Source: an uncultured bacterium
GTDB taxonomy: Bacteria; Zixibacteria; MSB-5A5; CAIYYT01
Assembly: GCA_963726455.1 (NCBI GenBank)
Contig: CAVSCK010000003.1
Span: 352,001 to 416,000, forward strand
Length of the DNA: 64,000 nt
Reading direction: 5' to 3'
Shown piece after piece: positions 40,412 to 50,995 of the stretch (within the stretch, counting starts at the first letter, position 1; the number at the start of each line of letters is the position of its first letter). The translations under genes and the position numbers were made by a program. The notes below the pieces were generated by a model. That model saw nothing but the letters and a program-made list of their open reading frames with translations. It had not been told where the DNA came from and made no database searches.

Positions 40412-41224
40412 ATGGACAAGATTTCAGTGAGCGATAACGACAAGTCCTTCAATAAATTAGTCGACATTCTGAAAGAGCTGCGGGCGCCGGGTGGCTGCAA
40501 CTGGGACCGGGCGCAGACCTCGATGTCGCTGCTCCCCTACCTTATCGAAGAAACCTACGAGGCGGTGGAAGCCGCCGAAAAGGAGGACTTCTCGAAACTG
40601 AAAGAGGAGTTGGGGGATATCCTGCTGCATATCATTTTCCAGGCGGAAATCGCGGAGGAAAAGGGACTGTTCAACATGCAGGACGTGATCACGGAGCTGA
40701 CACAGAAAATGATCGATCGGCATCCCCACGTCTTTGGTGAGCGCAAAGACCTGACCCCGGAACAGGTGCGCCAGAACTGGGAAAACGTGAAGATGCAAAA
40801 GCGCGAGCCGGAAAAGAACGGCAAGACGGTACTGTCGGGCGTGCCCAAGACGATGCCGGCGCTGCTGAAGGCCTACCGGGTTCAGGAGAAAGCGGCGCAG
40901 TTCGGGTTCGATTGGGAGAAGCCGGAGGACGTGTTCGACAAGATTGACGAAGAGTTGGCTGAATTTCGAGAAGCGCTGGCGTCACACGATGCCAGGGCGA
41001 TTCGCGACGAATTGGGCGATCTGTTATTCTCGCTGGTCAACTTGGCGCGACACATTCAGTCGGAACCGGAAGGCTGCCTGAACGGCACGATCGAGAAATT
41101 CACGTCGCGCTTCGACAAAATGGAAAAAGCGTTGCTAGCTGAAGGTCTCACTCTGAAACAGGCGACTCTCGAACAAATGGAACAAAAGTGGCAGCTCGCA
41201 AAGGCCAGCGACCCGCGTTCCTAA
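40412..41224 (+). CDS. mazG: Nucleoside triphosphate pyrophosphohydrolase
   Basis: LRAPGGCNWDRAQT, EETYE, EELGDILL, RHPHVF, GFDW, ELGDLLFS. Confidence 0.95.
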   Translation: MDKISVSDNDKSFNKLVDILKELRAPGGCNWDRAQTSMSLLPYLIEETYEAVEAAEKEDFSKLKEELGDILLHIIFQAEIAEEKGLFNMQDVITELTQKMIDRHPHVFGERKDLTPEQVRQNWENVKMQKREPEKNGKTVLSGVPKTMPALLKAYRVQEKAAQFGFDWEKPEDVFDKIDEELAEFREALASHDARAIRDELGDLLFSLVNLARHIQSEPEGCLNGTIEKFTSRFDKMEKALLAEGLTLKQATLEQMEQKWQLAKASDPRS

Positions 41225-41584
41225 TTCTACTGCACATTTGCCCCAAAGTCCAAATCACTAATACACCCTGATTGCGAGTTCCCTCTTTATTGCCCCTTTT
41301 CCGCAGGAGAACCGGGAAAGTTTTGGGCGAATGTCGCCGATAATCTGAACAGGCCATTGGAGTTTGAACACGAATGGATGGGCCGCCTGGATCTCCGCCT
41401 AAGCGGAAGACGCTGGCGTCGCTCGCGCAGTGTTAATTGGCGTCCATTTACAAGGTTTCGACTCTGATGTTCTGGGGCAGAGTCGCTCGGGATGGTCTGC
41501 GCAGGTGTCCGTGAAGGCGGCGTCCAGAGAAAATCTGTCTCTGACGTACACCGATACCGATAGAGTACGAGGTTAATTCCGCAC

Positions 41585-44500
41585 GTGAAGACTCAGTTCA
41601 AGATAGTAATTCTGGCAGCGTTCGCGTCGGTAGGTCTGTGGGTTTTCGATGCCGGCTTTGACACGCTGATACTTCACCAATCCACCTTCTGGCAGAGCTT
41701 CTTTTCGCAGGTCGTCACGGAGGAATGGGCTGAGCGATTGATCGTTGCAGCCGCATTCGCGGGCTTCGGCATCGTGCTGGCTTCATTGCTTCGCCGGCGC
41801 GAGAAACTGCGACTCGCCTTAGCGGAAAGCCACCGACGCTCGACTCGAATTCTTGCCGAGTCCCCCCTACCGTATCAGTCCCTGGACGAAAACGGCTGTT
41901 TCCTGGCGGTCAATGACGCGTGGCTTAAGACTCTCGGCTACAAAAGAGACGAGGTGATTGGCCGGAATTTTGCGGAATTCCTGACGCCTCCGTATGCGGA
42001 GCTCATCTGCAGCCGCTTCGCACATTTTAAGGAAGTCGGGCAGGTAAGCGGCATCGAATTCGATTTGGTGCGGAAAGACGGAGCGATCGTCACTGCCAGT
42101 TTCAACGGCAAAGTGGCATACGACGACAGCGGTAAGTTCCAGCGGACGCATTGCCTTTTCGCAGATATTACGGAGCGCCGGAAAATGGAAGCCGAATTAC
42201 GCAAGAGCGAAGAGCTCGCGCGTATGGCGCTGAAAAACTCTCCCCTGGTTGTCAGCGGCCAAGATCGGGATTTATGCTATGTCTGGTTTGAGAATTCGCG
42301 CCTTGGCCTCAGTTCTGTGGACACTATCGGCAAGCGAGACGACGATATCTTCCTGCCGGAGCAGGCAGAACGTTCGATGGCGATCAAACAACATGTGATG
42401 GAATCGGGCGAGACTGCCCGAGAGGACGTATGGGTGACCGCGAACGGCATGACCAGATGCTATGACCTGACTGTTGAGCCATTGCGCAACAAGAACGGTG
42501 AGATAGTCGGGGTGACGAGTGCGGGCCTTGATATCACCACAAGCAAACTGGCTGAAGAAGCACTGAAGGCGTCCGAAGAAAAGTACCGATTATTGGTCGA
42601 GAATGCTTACGAGGCCATCTTTGTCGCCCAGGAAGGAAAGATTAAGTACTGCAATCGCCGGACGGCGGAAATACTCGGACGCACAATCGAAGAAGTATTA
42701 GCGGCGGCCCTTGACGAGCTTGCCCATCCTGACGACCGCGAACGAATTCTCGCACGACACCGTATGCGACTGGCAGGCGAGAAACTTCCCAGTGGCTATT
42801 CTTTCCGCGTACTGACCAAGACCGGCGAGATCAAGTGGGTAGAAATCGACGGCGTAAAGATCGACTGGGAGGGCAAACCTGCCTCGATCAATTTTGCGAG
42901 CGACATTACAGAACGCAAAATGGCGGAAATGAATCTGCAACGACAACGAGAATGGCTGGAAATCACGTTGGCCAGTATCGGCGACGCGGTGATTGCGGTC
43001 GACACCAGGGGACGAGTTACCCTTGTGAACCGGGTCGCCGAGGACCTGACCGGCTGGCAGAATATCGATGCGGTCGGGCAATCCATTGACGCTGTCATGC
43101 GTCTGCATGACGAGACGTCGGATGCAGTGATAGACAACCCGGTCCGAAGCGCGATCCACGAACATGTCACGGTGGCCATGACAAATCATGCGATACTGGT
43201 ATCTCGTGACGGCCACCGGATTCCGGTCGATGACAGCGCGGCGCCGATCATCGATAGCACCGGCGCTCTGCAAGGAGCGGTGATTGTTTTCCGCGACATC
43301 AGCGAACGCAAGGAAGCCGAGCGCGCGATACGTGAAAGCGAGCGTCAGCTTTCGACTTTGATGACCAATTTACCGGGCATGGCATATCGCTGCCGCAACG
43401 ACGAAAACTGGACGATGGATTTCGTCAGCGAGGGATGCCGAGAATTGACCGGCTACAATCCGGACGAGTTACGAAACAACGCCAAGGTATCCTATATGGA
43501 GTTGGTCGAAGAGAGTTATCGCGAAAAACTCTGGGACGCCGTTCAGACTGCAGTGGCGAAGCAGGAAGCTTTCGAGATTGTCTATCCGATCGCGAAAGCA
43601 GACGGCGCTGAGAAATGGGTTTGGGAGCGCGGACAAGGCGTCTTCTCCCCGAACGGCAGACTATTATTCCTGGAAGGGTTTATCGCAGATATCACGGAGC
43701 GAGTCCGCGCGGAAGACGAACGTGACCGCTTCTTCAACCTGTCGGCCGATATGCTCTGCATAGCTGATTTCAAGGGCTTTCTCAGACAGGTAAATCCCGC
43801 CTGGCAAAAAACGATGGGTTGGACGCCGGAGGAATTGCTGTCAAAGCCGTTCCAGGAATTCGTTCACCCGGATGACCGAAAGAATACTGAGGGCGCGATG
43901 GAGTGTCTCGTTCGCGGTGAAGAGCTGACCAATTTCGAGAATCGTTATGTCTGCCGGGACGGTTCCTACCGGTGGTTATCATGGAAAGCGTCGCCGCTGG
44001 TGAAAGATGGGTTGGTGTTCGCAGTAGCGCGTGACATAACCGGCCGGCGCGAAGCCGAGGATGCGCTGCTTACGAGCGAACGGCGTTACCGCGTCGTTAC
44101 CGAACAGACGGGACAGATGGTGTACGACTGGGATATGAAGAGCAGCAAAATATTCTGGGCGGGAGCAATCGAGTCGATTACCGGATTCAGCAGCGAAGAA
44201 TACAAGAAAGTGACTATCGAAGTTTGGGAGGAGATGATTCATCCCGAGGATCGCGCGCGAGCTTCTGAACTGCTGACTGCAGCCATGAAATCAAGGCAGC
44301 AATACCTGGCGGAGTATCGACTGCGACGCCGTGACGGTTCATACGTTTGCGTAGAAGATCACGGTGTTTTCGTCACTGATTCGGATAGCACCTCCAGCCG
44401 AATGCTGGGAACGATGAAGGACATAACCGAGCGTATGCGCGCGCGTGAAAAGCTGATTGAACGCGAGCAATTCCTGCAGGGCGTGTTTGACGGCATCCAG

Positions 44501-47113
44501 GACGGCATAAGCGTTCTGGGCACTGATCTAACGATACTACGCGTCAATAAGACCATGGAGAAGATGTATGCTCACGCCCTTCCGGTTGCCGGCAACAAGT
44601 GCTACGCGGTCTATCAGGGCGCCGATGCCCCCTGCTCCGTCTGCCCGACCATTCGTGCAATGGAGACCAAGACTCCGCAGATGGAGCATGTGCCGCGCGT
44701 AGGGCCGCACGGACAGGATGGCTGGTATGAGTTACATGCCTTCCCATTACTGGACGCCGACGGCAATTGCAAGGCCGTAATTGAGTACGTTCGCGATATC
44801 ACGCAGCGGTTACATGCCGAGGAGGAACTGGTACGGAGCGAGACCAAGTATCGAACGCTGTTTGAGTCGGCACAAGACGCAATCTTCATAATGAAGGAAG
44901 ACACCTTCGTCGACTGCAATACCACTACTTGTGAGATGTTCGCCTGCAGCCGCGACCAGATCCTGGGACAACCCCCTTACAAATTCTCGCCTCCGACGCA
45001 GCCCGATGGCCGCGACTCGATGGTAAAGGCCAAAGAAAAGATAAATCTGGCGGCGTCCGGCAGGCCACAATTTTTCGAATGGACTCACACGCGCCTTGAC
45101 GGCACACCTTTCGACGCCGAGGTAAGTCTCAACTGCATAGAAATCACCGGCGAGCATTTCATACTGGCCATTGTGCGAGACTGCACGGGCCGCAAGAAGT
45201 CGGAGAAGGCACTGGAAAAATCGTTGTCACTCCTGCGGGCGACTCTGGAATCAACCGGTGACGGCATTTTGGTGGTTGATCGCGTCGGTAAGGTGACAAG
45301 TTTCAACCGGAAGTGGCTGGAATTGTGGCGCATTCCCGAATTTCTCACGGTGCTGGCCGACGACGAAAAGATGTTGAAGTACGTGGCAGAGCAAGTCAAG
45401 GAACCGGAGAGATTTCTGGAACGCGTCAAGCAGCTATACGCCATGCCGGAATCGCAGTCATATGACACGATCGAGTTCAAGGACGGCAGAATTTTCGAGC
45501 GTTACTCACAACCGCAACGATTGGGTGACGAGATCGTGGGGCGGGTCTGGAGTTTCCGCGATCAGACAGAGCGCAAGCGTGTGGAGAAAGAACTGGCACG
45601 ACTGGCGACCGCAATCGAACAGGCCGCCGAAACGATCATCATTACGTCCGTGGAAGGCAAAATCGAGTATGTAAACCCGGCGTTCGAGAAGATCACTGGC
45701 TATTCACGTGAAGAGGCGATCGGCAAGAATACGCGAATTCTGAAGAGCGGCGAACATGACCCCGAGTTCTATCGCGAACTCTGGCAAACACTGCACCAGG
45801 GTCAAGTATGGACCGGCAGGTTCAAGAACCGCCGGAAGAACGGAACGATCTATGAGGAAGAGTGCAGTATTTCACCGATTCGGGACCAGGCCGATAACAT
45901 CATCAGTTACGTGGCGGTGAAGCGCGATGTCACTCAGGAAGTCGAACTTGAGAATCGGCTCCGGCAATCTCAGAAGCTGGAGGCGGTCGGATTGCTGGCG
46001 GCCGGTATCGCGCACGATTTTAATAATCTGTTGGCGGGAATCAAGGGGTTTGCCGAGTTGCTCACGCTGGATGAGACGTTAGAACCCAGAGTCACCAGTT
46101 ACGCCGAGGAAATCCAGAAGGCCGCCGGACGAGCCGCCGATTTGACCGGCCAGCTTCTCGCCTTTGCGCGCAAGGGCAAGTTCCTGTCGTTGCCAGTCGA
46201 CATGCATGAGGTCCTCGACGAGGTTGTCGCCATACTCAAACATTCGATTGATCGCCGCATCGAGATACGCCAGGAATTCCACGCCGCCAGGAAGATGATA
46301 AGCGGAGATTCCTCGCAGTTGCAGAGTGCGATTTTGAATTTGGCCATCAACGCGCGCGACGCCATGCCGAATGGAGGCAAGCTAACGTTCAAGACAGAGA
46401 ATGTAGCTCTGGATGACGAATACTGCGACTTGCATTCTCTTGACCTGGGCGCGGGAGAATATCTGGCGTTATCAGTGATAGATACGGGCGTCGGGATGGG
46501 CGAGGAGGTTCTGGCTCACATCTTTGATCCATTCTTCACGACTAAAGAGCAGGGCCAGGGCACGGGTCTTGGGCTGGCAGGCGTGTATGGGTGTTTGCGG
46601 AATCACCACGGGTGTGTTGAGGTCGAGAGCAAAGTGCGTGAGGGCTCAACTTTCCGGTTATACTTCCCTCTTACCGGTGACGAAAAACAGCAATCGCCCG
46701 AACACTCTACCGAACGTAATCTCGCCGGGAATGAACATGTGTTGCTGGTTGAAGACGAGGAAGTAGTCAGGAGTTTGGCCAAGAACATACTTACCAGCGA
46801 GGGATATCGCGTGACGGCATGCGTCGATGGGGTGGAAGCTGTGGCGCTGTTCAAAGAAAAAGGATTCGAGTTCGACCTGGTACTGCTCGACGTGATGATG
46901 CCGAAGATGCACGGCAAAGATGTCTTCGCTGCGATGCAGAAGATCAATCCGGCGGTGCGTTGCGTTTTCATGTCGGGATATAGCGACCTCGACGTAAAAG
47001 ATGCGATGAAACAAGGCCTCAAAGGATTCCTCGCCAAACCCTTCCGAGCGGGCCAACTTCTTGGCAAAGTCCGTGAAGTCCTTGATACCAGTCCCTCGCC
47101 GGTCAGGCACTGA
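41585..47113 (+). CDS. Membrane-anchored hybrid sensor histidine kinase with 11 PAS/PAC domains and a receiver
   Basis: 2 TM; eleven PAS units each ending in a D(I/C/Q/V)(T/S) linker; AHDFNNLL H-box, NLAINARDAM, DTGVGM, PFFTTK, GTGLGL; receiver LVEDE...LDVMMP...KPF. Confidence 0.93.
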   Translation: MKTQFKIVILAAFASVGLWVFDAGFDTLILHQSTFWQSFFSQVVTEEWAERLIVAAAFAGFGIVLASLLRRREKLRLALAESHRRSTRILAESPLPYQSLDENGCFLAVNDAWLKTLGYKRDEVIGRNFAEFLTPPYAELICSRFAHFKEVGQVSGIEFDLVRKDGAIVTASFNGKVAYDDSGKFQRTHCLFADITERRKMEAELRKSEELARMALKNSPLVVSGQDRDLCYVWFENSRLGLSSVDTIGKRDDDIFLPEQAERSMAIKQHVMESGETAREDVWVTANGMTRCYDLTVEPLRNKNGEIVGVTSAGLDITTSKLAEEALKASEEKYRLLVENAYEAIFVAQEGKIKYCNRRTAEILGRTIEEVLAAALDELAHPDDRERILARHRMRLAGEKLPSGYSFRVLTKTGEIKWVEIDGVKIDWEGKPASINFASDITERKMAEMNLQRQREWLEITLASIGDAVIAVDTRGRVTLVNRVAEDLTGWQNIDAVGQSIDAVMRLHDETSDAVIDNPVRSAIHEHVTVAMTNHAILVSRDGHRIPVDDSAAPIIDSTGALQGAVIVFRDISERKEAERAIRESERQLSTLMTNLPGMAYRCRNDENWTMDFVSEGCRELTGYNPDELRNNAKVSYMELVEESYREKLWDAVQTAVAKQEAFEIVYPIAKADGAEKWVWERGQGVFSPNGRLLFLEGFIADITERVRAEDERDRFFNLSADMLCIADFKGFLRQVNPAWQKTMGWTPEELLSKPFQEFVHPDDRKNTEGAMECLVRGEELTNFENRYVCRDGSYRWLSWKASPLVKDGLVFAVARDITGRREAEDALLTSERRYRVVTEQTGQMVYDWDMKSSKIFWAGAIESITGFSSEEYKKVTIEVWEEMIHPEDRARASELLTAAMKSRQQYLAEYRLRRRDGSYVCVEDHGVFVTDSDSTSSRMLGTMKDITERMRAREKLIEREQFLQGVFDGIQDGISVLGTDLTILRVNKTMEKMYAHALPVAGNKCYAVYQGADAPCSVCPTIRAMETKTPQMEHVPRVGPHGQDGWYELHAFPLLDADGNCKAVIEYVRDITQRLHAEEELVRSETKYRTLFESAQDAIFIMKEDTFVDCNTTTCEMFACSRDQILGQPPYKFSPPTQPDGRDSMVKAKEKINLAASGRPQFFEWTHTRLDGTPFDAEVSLNCIEITGEHFILAIVRDCTGRKKSEKALEKSLSLLRATLESTGDGILVVDRVGKVTSFNRKWLELWRIPEFLTVLADDEKMLKYVAEQVKEPERFLERVKQLYAMPESQSYDTIEFKDGRIFERYSQPQRLGDEIVGRVWSFRDQTERKRVEKELARLATAIEQAAETIIITSVEGKIEYVNPAFEKITGYSREEAIGKNTRILKSGEHDPEFYRELWQTLHQGQVWTGRFKNRRKNGTIYEEECSISPIRDQADNIISYVAVKRDVTQEVELENRLRQSQKLEAVGLLAAGIAHDFNNLLAGIKGFAELLTLDETLEPRVTSYAEEIQKAAGRAADLTGQLLAFARKGKFLSLPVDMHEVLDEVVAILKHSIDRRIEIRQEFHAARKMISGDSSQLQSAILNLAINARDAMPNGGKLTFKTENVALDDEYCDLHSLDLGAGEYLALSVIDTGVGMGEEVLAHIFDPFFTTKEQGQGTGLGLAGVYGCLRNHHGCVEVESKVREGSTFRLYFPLTGDEKQQSPEHSTERNLAGNEHVLLVEDEEVVRSLAKNILTSEGYRVTACVDGVEAVALFKEKGFEFDLVLLDVMMPKMHGKDVFAAMQKINPAVRCVFMSGYSDLDVKDAMKQGLKGFLAKPFRAGQLLGKVREVLDTSPSPVRH

Positions 47114-47258
47114 TAATCCACAATCCGCAGTTCGTCTTCCCCCGATAAACAATCCCGAAACTTTGGTTGAACAATATTGTTTATAAGAATAAGTGGTGTC
47201 GACAATATTATTGAGTCGATAACTATTAATGAAGGATATAGGGTACCGGTAAACGGCT

Positions 47259-48326
47259 ATGAAGTTGACTTTTGCGAGCAAAGATAACTGGTGGAAGCTC
47301 ACCAGTCTGGCTGCACTTATCATACTGACAGTATCCATCCATTACGGTTGGATCCTGATGCAGATTTTTGGCCATTCCGACTGGGTGCATGCGATTCACA
47401 GCCGGCTTTGCTATATCCCGATCGTCATGGCAGCAGCGTGGTTCGGTTTGCGAGGTGGGTTGGGCGCGGCGGTGATTATTTCGCTCGCAATACAACCCTA
47501 CATCCTACTCTCCGACAACCCGCACTTGGATCCGTCGAGCGAATGGGTGGAAATAGTTTTCTATTTCGCCATGGGTGGATTGATCGGGCTCCTGGTTGAT
47601 CGCGAAAAACGTGTTCGTGCCCACCAGGAAGAGACCGCATTGCAGTTAGAGCGCTCAGAGCGTCTGTCAACGATGGGACAGATGGCCGCCAGCGTGGCAC
47701 ACGAGATTAAAAATCCACTGGCATCCATTAAGGGCGCGGTTGAAATCATCAATTCGCCGGCCACGTCGTCTGACGAAAAGCACGAATTCCAAGGCATAAT
47801 TGCGTCCGAGGTTGGGAGAATTGACCGCACGGTCAGGGAGTTTCTCGATTTCGGCAGGCCGCGCGAGATCGTGCTGCATCGAGCGGACATGAGCTCGGTG
47901 GTGGCTTCCGCGACAAAGCAGATGGAACGGCAAATGACTGATCGGCAACTGGAACTGGTCAGCGTGATCGAGGATAACATTCAGGCCGAGATCGACAGCG
48001 AGAGCATCCATCAACTGGTGTTGAATCTGCTGCTGAATGCGATCGAGGTTTCCCCTCCGGAATCGACTATTGAGGTGCGGCTCGAACGCGGTTCCGACTC
48101 CATGGCAATTCTTTCGATCCGCGACCATGGTTCCGGCATCGCGAAGAATGAATTGGAGAAGATCTTCGAGCCATTTTACACGACCAAAGCCGCCGGATCG
48201 GGTCTGGGGCTGGCGATTGTGCAGTCAATCGTGGCCAAGCATGGCGGTACGATCAATGTGGAGAGTTCGCCCAATCAGGGAACCGTTTTTCGGATATCAC
48301 TGCCATTGACAAGGAAGAACCGATGA
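47259..48326 (+). CDS. Sensor histidine kinase (intramembrane sensing)
   Basis: 4-5 TM, VAHEIKNPL, NLLLNA, DHGSG, PFYTTK, GSGLGL. Confidence 0.93.
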   Translation: MKLTFASKDNWWKLTSLAALIILTVSIHYGWILMQIFGHSDWVHAIHSRLCYIPIVMAAAWFGLRGGLGAAVIISLAIQPYILLSDNPHLDPSSEWVEIVFYFAMGGLIGLLVDREKRVRAHQEETALQLERSERLSTMGQMAASVAHEIKNPLASIKGAVEIINSPATSSDEKHEFQGIIASEVGRIDRTVREFLDFGRPREIVLHRADMSSVVASATKQMERQMTDRQLELVSVIEDNIQAEIDSESIHQLVLNLLLNAIEVSPPESTIEVRLERGSDSMAILSIRDHGSGIAKNELEKIFEPFYTTKAAGSGLGLAIVQSIVAKHGGTINVESSPNQGTVFRISLPLTRKNR

Positions 48327-49678
48327 ACATAAGAATACTGCTGGCCGACGACGATGCATCGCTGCGTCGCGTGCTGGAGGTCAAGCTCAAGCAGCGCGGC
48401 TACGGCGTGGCAACGGCAGGCGACGGCATTACGGCTTTGGCGGAGCTGAAGCGAAACAAGTTCGATCTGCTGATAACCGATATGAAGATGCCGAACATGA
48501 GCGGACTGGATTTGCTGGAACGGACCCGGCAGGAATGGCCTGATTTACAGGTCATTATGATGACCGCGTTCGCAACAATCTCGCAGGCGGTCGAAGCGGT
48601 CAAGTTGGGGGCGTTCGATTATCTGACGAAGCCGTTCGAGGATGAACAACTGTTCGTGGCGGTGGAGAAAGCTGCGCGATTTCGGCGACTGGAGGAAGAA
48701 AATCGCTCGTTGCGCGAGCAGGTTGGCGACAAATACCTGAAGCACTTCGTAGGTGCATCGCGGGCGTTCAAGGATATGATGTCGTTGATCGACAAAGTGG
48801 CGCCGACCGAGGCGACTATTTTGATCACCGGCGAATCGGGATCGGGAAAGGAGTTGACGGCGCACGCCATTCATCTTAAGAGCCCCCGCGCCGGTGGGCC
48901 GTTCGTGCCGGTGAATTGTGCGGCTATTCCCAGAGAACTTATCGAGTCGGAATTGTTTGGTCACGTTAAGGGTGCGTTTACGGGAGCGATCAAAGATAAG
49001 AAGGGGAAATTCCAGTTGGCGGACGGCGGCAGTTTGTTCCTGGACGAAGTGAGTGAACTCGGCATCGAGCTACAGGCCAAGTTATTGCGGGCACTGCAAA
49101 CCCGGATGGTGGAGCCGGTCGGATCGGAGGCGCCGGTCGAGGTTGATGTCAGGATAATCGCTGCGACGAACGTGTCGCTGAAGGAACGGGTGTCGGAAGG
49201 CAAGTTCCGCGAGGATTTGTTCTATCGATTGAATGTGATCCCGATTGATGTGCCATCACTGAGGCAGCGACGGGAAGATGTGCCGGTATTGGCAAAAGAA
49301 TTCCTACGAAAGCTGGACGGAGAGCGGGTTCAAATTGAGCCGGAGCTGATGAATCGACTGTCGAGCTACGACTGGCCGGGGAACATCCGCGAGTTGGAGA
49401 ATTTGATCGAACGGATGGTGGTGTTGCGCAAGTCGGATGTGCTCACGGTCGGGGATTTGCCGCAAGACTTTGGGGAGATGCTTCCGCCTCCGAGCGATAC
49501 GTCAGCGAACGGCGCGCGAACGAATGTCGGACTCATGGAAGTTCAGCGGCGGGTGATTGTCGAGGCGCTGGAGAAGTGCGCGTGGAACAAGTCGAAGGCA
49601 GCAGAGTTGCTGCAGGTGCCGAGGCATATTCTAATCTACCGAATGAAGCAGTTAGGGATCACCAGTCCGCAGGTTTAG
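48323..49678 (+). CDS. Sigma-54-dependent response regulator (NtrC/ZraR family)
   Basis: Receiver, GESGSGKE, GAFTGA, FLDEV, FREDLFYRL, WPGNIREL, Fis-type HTH; ATGA overlap with the kinase. Confidence 0.95.
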   Translation: MNIRILLADDDASLRRVLEVKLKQRGYGVATAGDGITALAELKRNKFDLLITDMKMPNMSGLDLLERTRQEWPDLQVIMMTAFATISQAVEAVKLGAFDYLTKPFEDEQLFVAVEKAARFRRLEEENRSLREQVGDKYLKHFVGASRAFKDMMSLIDKVAPTEATILITGESGSGKELTAHAIHLKSPRAGGPFVPVNCAAIPRELIESELFGHVKGAFTGAIKDKKGKFQLADGGSLFLDEVSELGIELQAKLLRALQTRMVEPVGSEAPVEVDVRIIAATNVSLKERVSEGKFREDLFYRLNVIPIDVPSLRQRREDVPVLAKEFLRKLDGERVQIEPELMNRLSSYDWPGNIRELENLIERMVVLRKSDVLTVGDLPQDFGEMLPPPSDTSANGARTNVGLMEVQRRVIVEALEKCAWNKSKAAELLQVPRHILIYRMKQLGITSPQV

Positions 49679-50474
49679 TATTCTGCTTGGAGTACGGTTT
49701 GCCAAAAGTGTAGACGAAACCGACAGCCACTCCCCCTTCGAAAATCTGCTCAGTGCTACCCCAACGGATGGATGCGTCAATGGACGCGTTTCTGTCTATC
49801 GGGAATCGCAATTGATGCACCGCTCCGGGCTGATAATAGTGGCCCCAGGATATTCCGTGGAACATGGAAATACTACCCACCGGAAAGCCGATACCGGCGG
49901 TAAAGTTGCCTCCCCCAGAAGCCAACGGCAGACTTTCGTTATAGTCGCCATAAACATGGAATCTGTGAGGTTTGCCGAGGCGGACATGGCCGGTAGCATG
50001 TTTGGTCCAGTGTACGTCATCAGAGAAATTATCCGGCACCGGTTTGAACAAGTAACCCATGCCGAAACCGAGATCCTCAAATTCAAAGCTGAGGTTGGGG
50101 TTGAAATAGCTGTAAGTGAAGTGAATTGAGGAATTGTTGGCATTGGGATAGGCCGGGGCATTCCAGGAATAGGTTGGCGGATTAAAATCAGAGCCGAAAG
50201 TACCGGCTCGCAGGCCGAGGACAATCGGTGATTCGCTCCAAGTCCCGGTTACCGGAATGCGAACATAGGCGGCACCGGCGACATCCTTGAATTTGTTTTC
50301 CGATTTAGCGGTCTCGCCTTCACAGCTACGAATGATCGCTGCATACTGCCCGGTGCCGCCGTAGGCGCCAACCGAGACATTGGCTGAGTCTGGGTTGCCC
50401 TGATAGACGCCAATCGGCAGCGCCAGTAAGCAGGCAAAGCCAATGCCGTTCTTGAGATTACTAAGAATTCGCAT
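49659..50474 (-). CDS. Hypothetical exported, probably outer-membrane beta-strand protein
   Basis: GGGAGG upstream of ATG 50474; signal-like N-terminus; alternating G/aromatic strands ending VAVGFVYTF. Confidence 0.55.
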   Translation of the reverse strand: MRILSNLKNGIGFACLLALPIGVYQGNPDSANVSVGAYGGTGQYAAIIRSCEGETAKSENKFKDVAGAAYVRIPVTGTWSESPIVLGLRAGTFGSDFNPPTYSWNAPAYPNANNSSIHFTYSYFNPNLSFEFEDLGFGMGYLFKPVPDNFSDDVHWTKHATGHVRLGKPHRFHVYGDYNESLPLASGGGNFTAGIGFPVGSISMFHGISWGHYYQPGAVHQLRFPIDRNASIDASIRWGSTEQIFEGGVAVGFVYTFGKPYSKQNTKPADW

Positions 50475-50554
50475 GAAGTGGTCTACCTCCCGATGCAATG
50501 ATGGTTTGAACATAGCGAAAAAAAGTCGAATAACAACTTGATTTCTTGAAACCT

Positions 50555-50580
50555 TATATGCATCGTGGCGTATATACATT
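50555..50580. promoter_or_regulatory. Imperfect inverted repeat (candidate ArsR operator) overlapping a -10 box
   Basis: TATATGC-ATCGTG-GCGTATA followed by TACATT 7 nt before the arsR-like ATG. Confidence 0.45.
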
Positions 50581-50587
50581 TGGAAGT

Positions 50588-50995
50588 ATGAAGAAGGACA
50601 ATGACGATAAGCAACTGGCACCGGCGCTGCAGGCGCTGGCGGACAAGACGCGGCTGAAGATTCTGCTGATGCTGGAATCGAAACCGCGGACGGTCGGAGA
50701 GATCGTGGATTTCTTCGATTTGTCGCAGCCGACGATAACCCGTCATTTGCAGCAATTACTTAAGACGGGGCTGGTGACGCGTCACAAGCAGGCGCAGAAG
50801 GTGTATTACGGACTGAATACCGAGACCATCAAGGAATTCTGCGTGCAATTGGTCGGGTGTTTTCCCTGTTGCTGCTCGCCGTTCACGAATTCTGAGGAAA
50901 CAGCTTCGAAGCATAGTGATAGATCGCGGGCGACTCGTCCGGCAGCCGTTCGCACCAAAAGGAAGACACGTAAACCAGAAGGAGAGAAATCATGA
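50588..50995 (+). CDS. ArsR/SmtB family regulator with C-terminal Cys cluster
   Basis: ALADKTRLKILLML, LSQPTITRHLQQL...GLV...VYY; C-terminal FCVQLVGCFPCCC. Confidence 0.9.
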   Translation: MKKDNDDKQLAPALQALADKTRLKILLMLESKPRTVGEIVDFFDLSQPTITRHLQQLLKTGLVTRHKQAQKVYYGLNTETIKEFCVQLVGCFPCCCSPFTNSEETASKHSDRSRATRPAAVRTKRKTRKPEGEKS

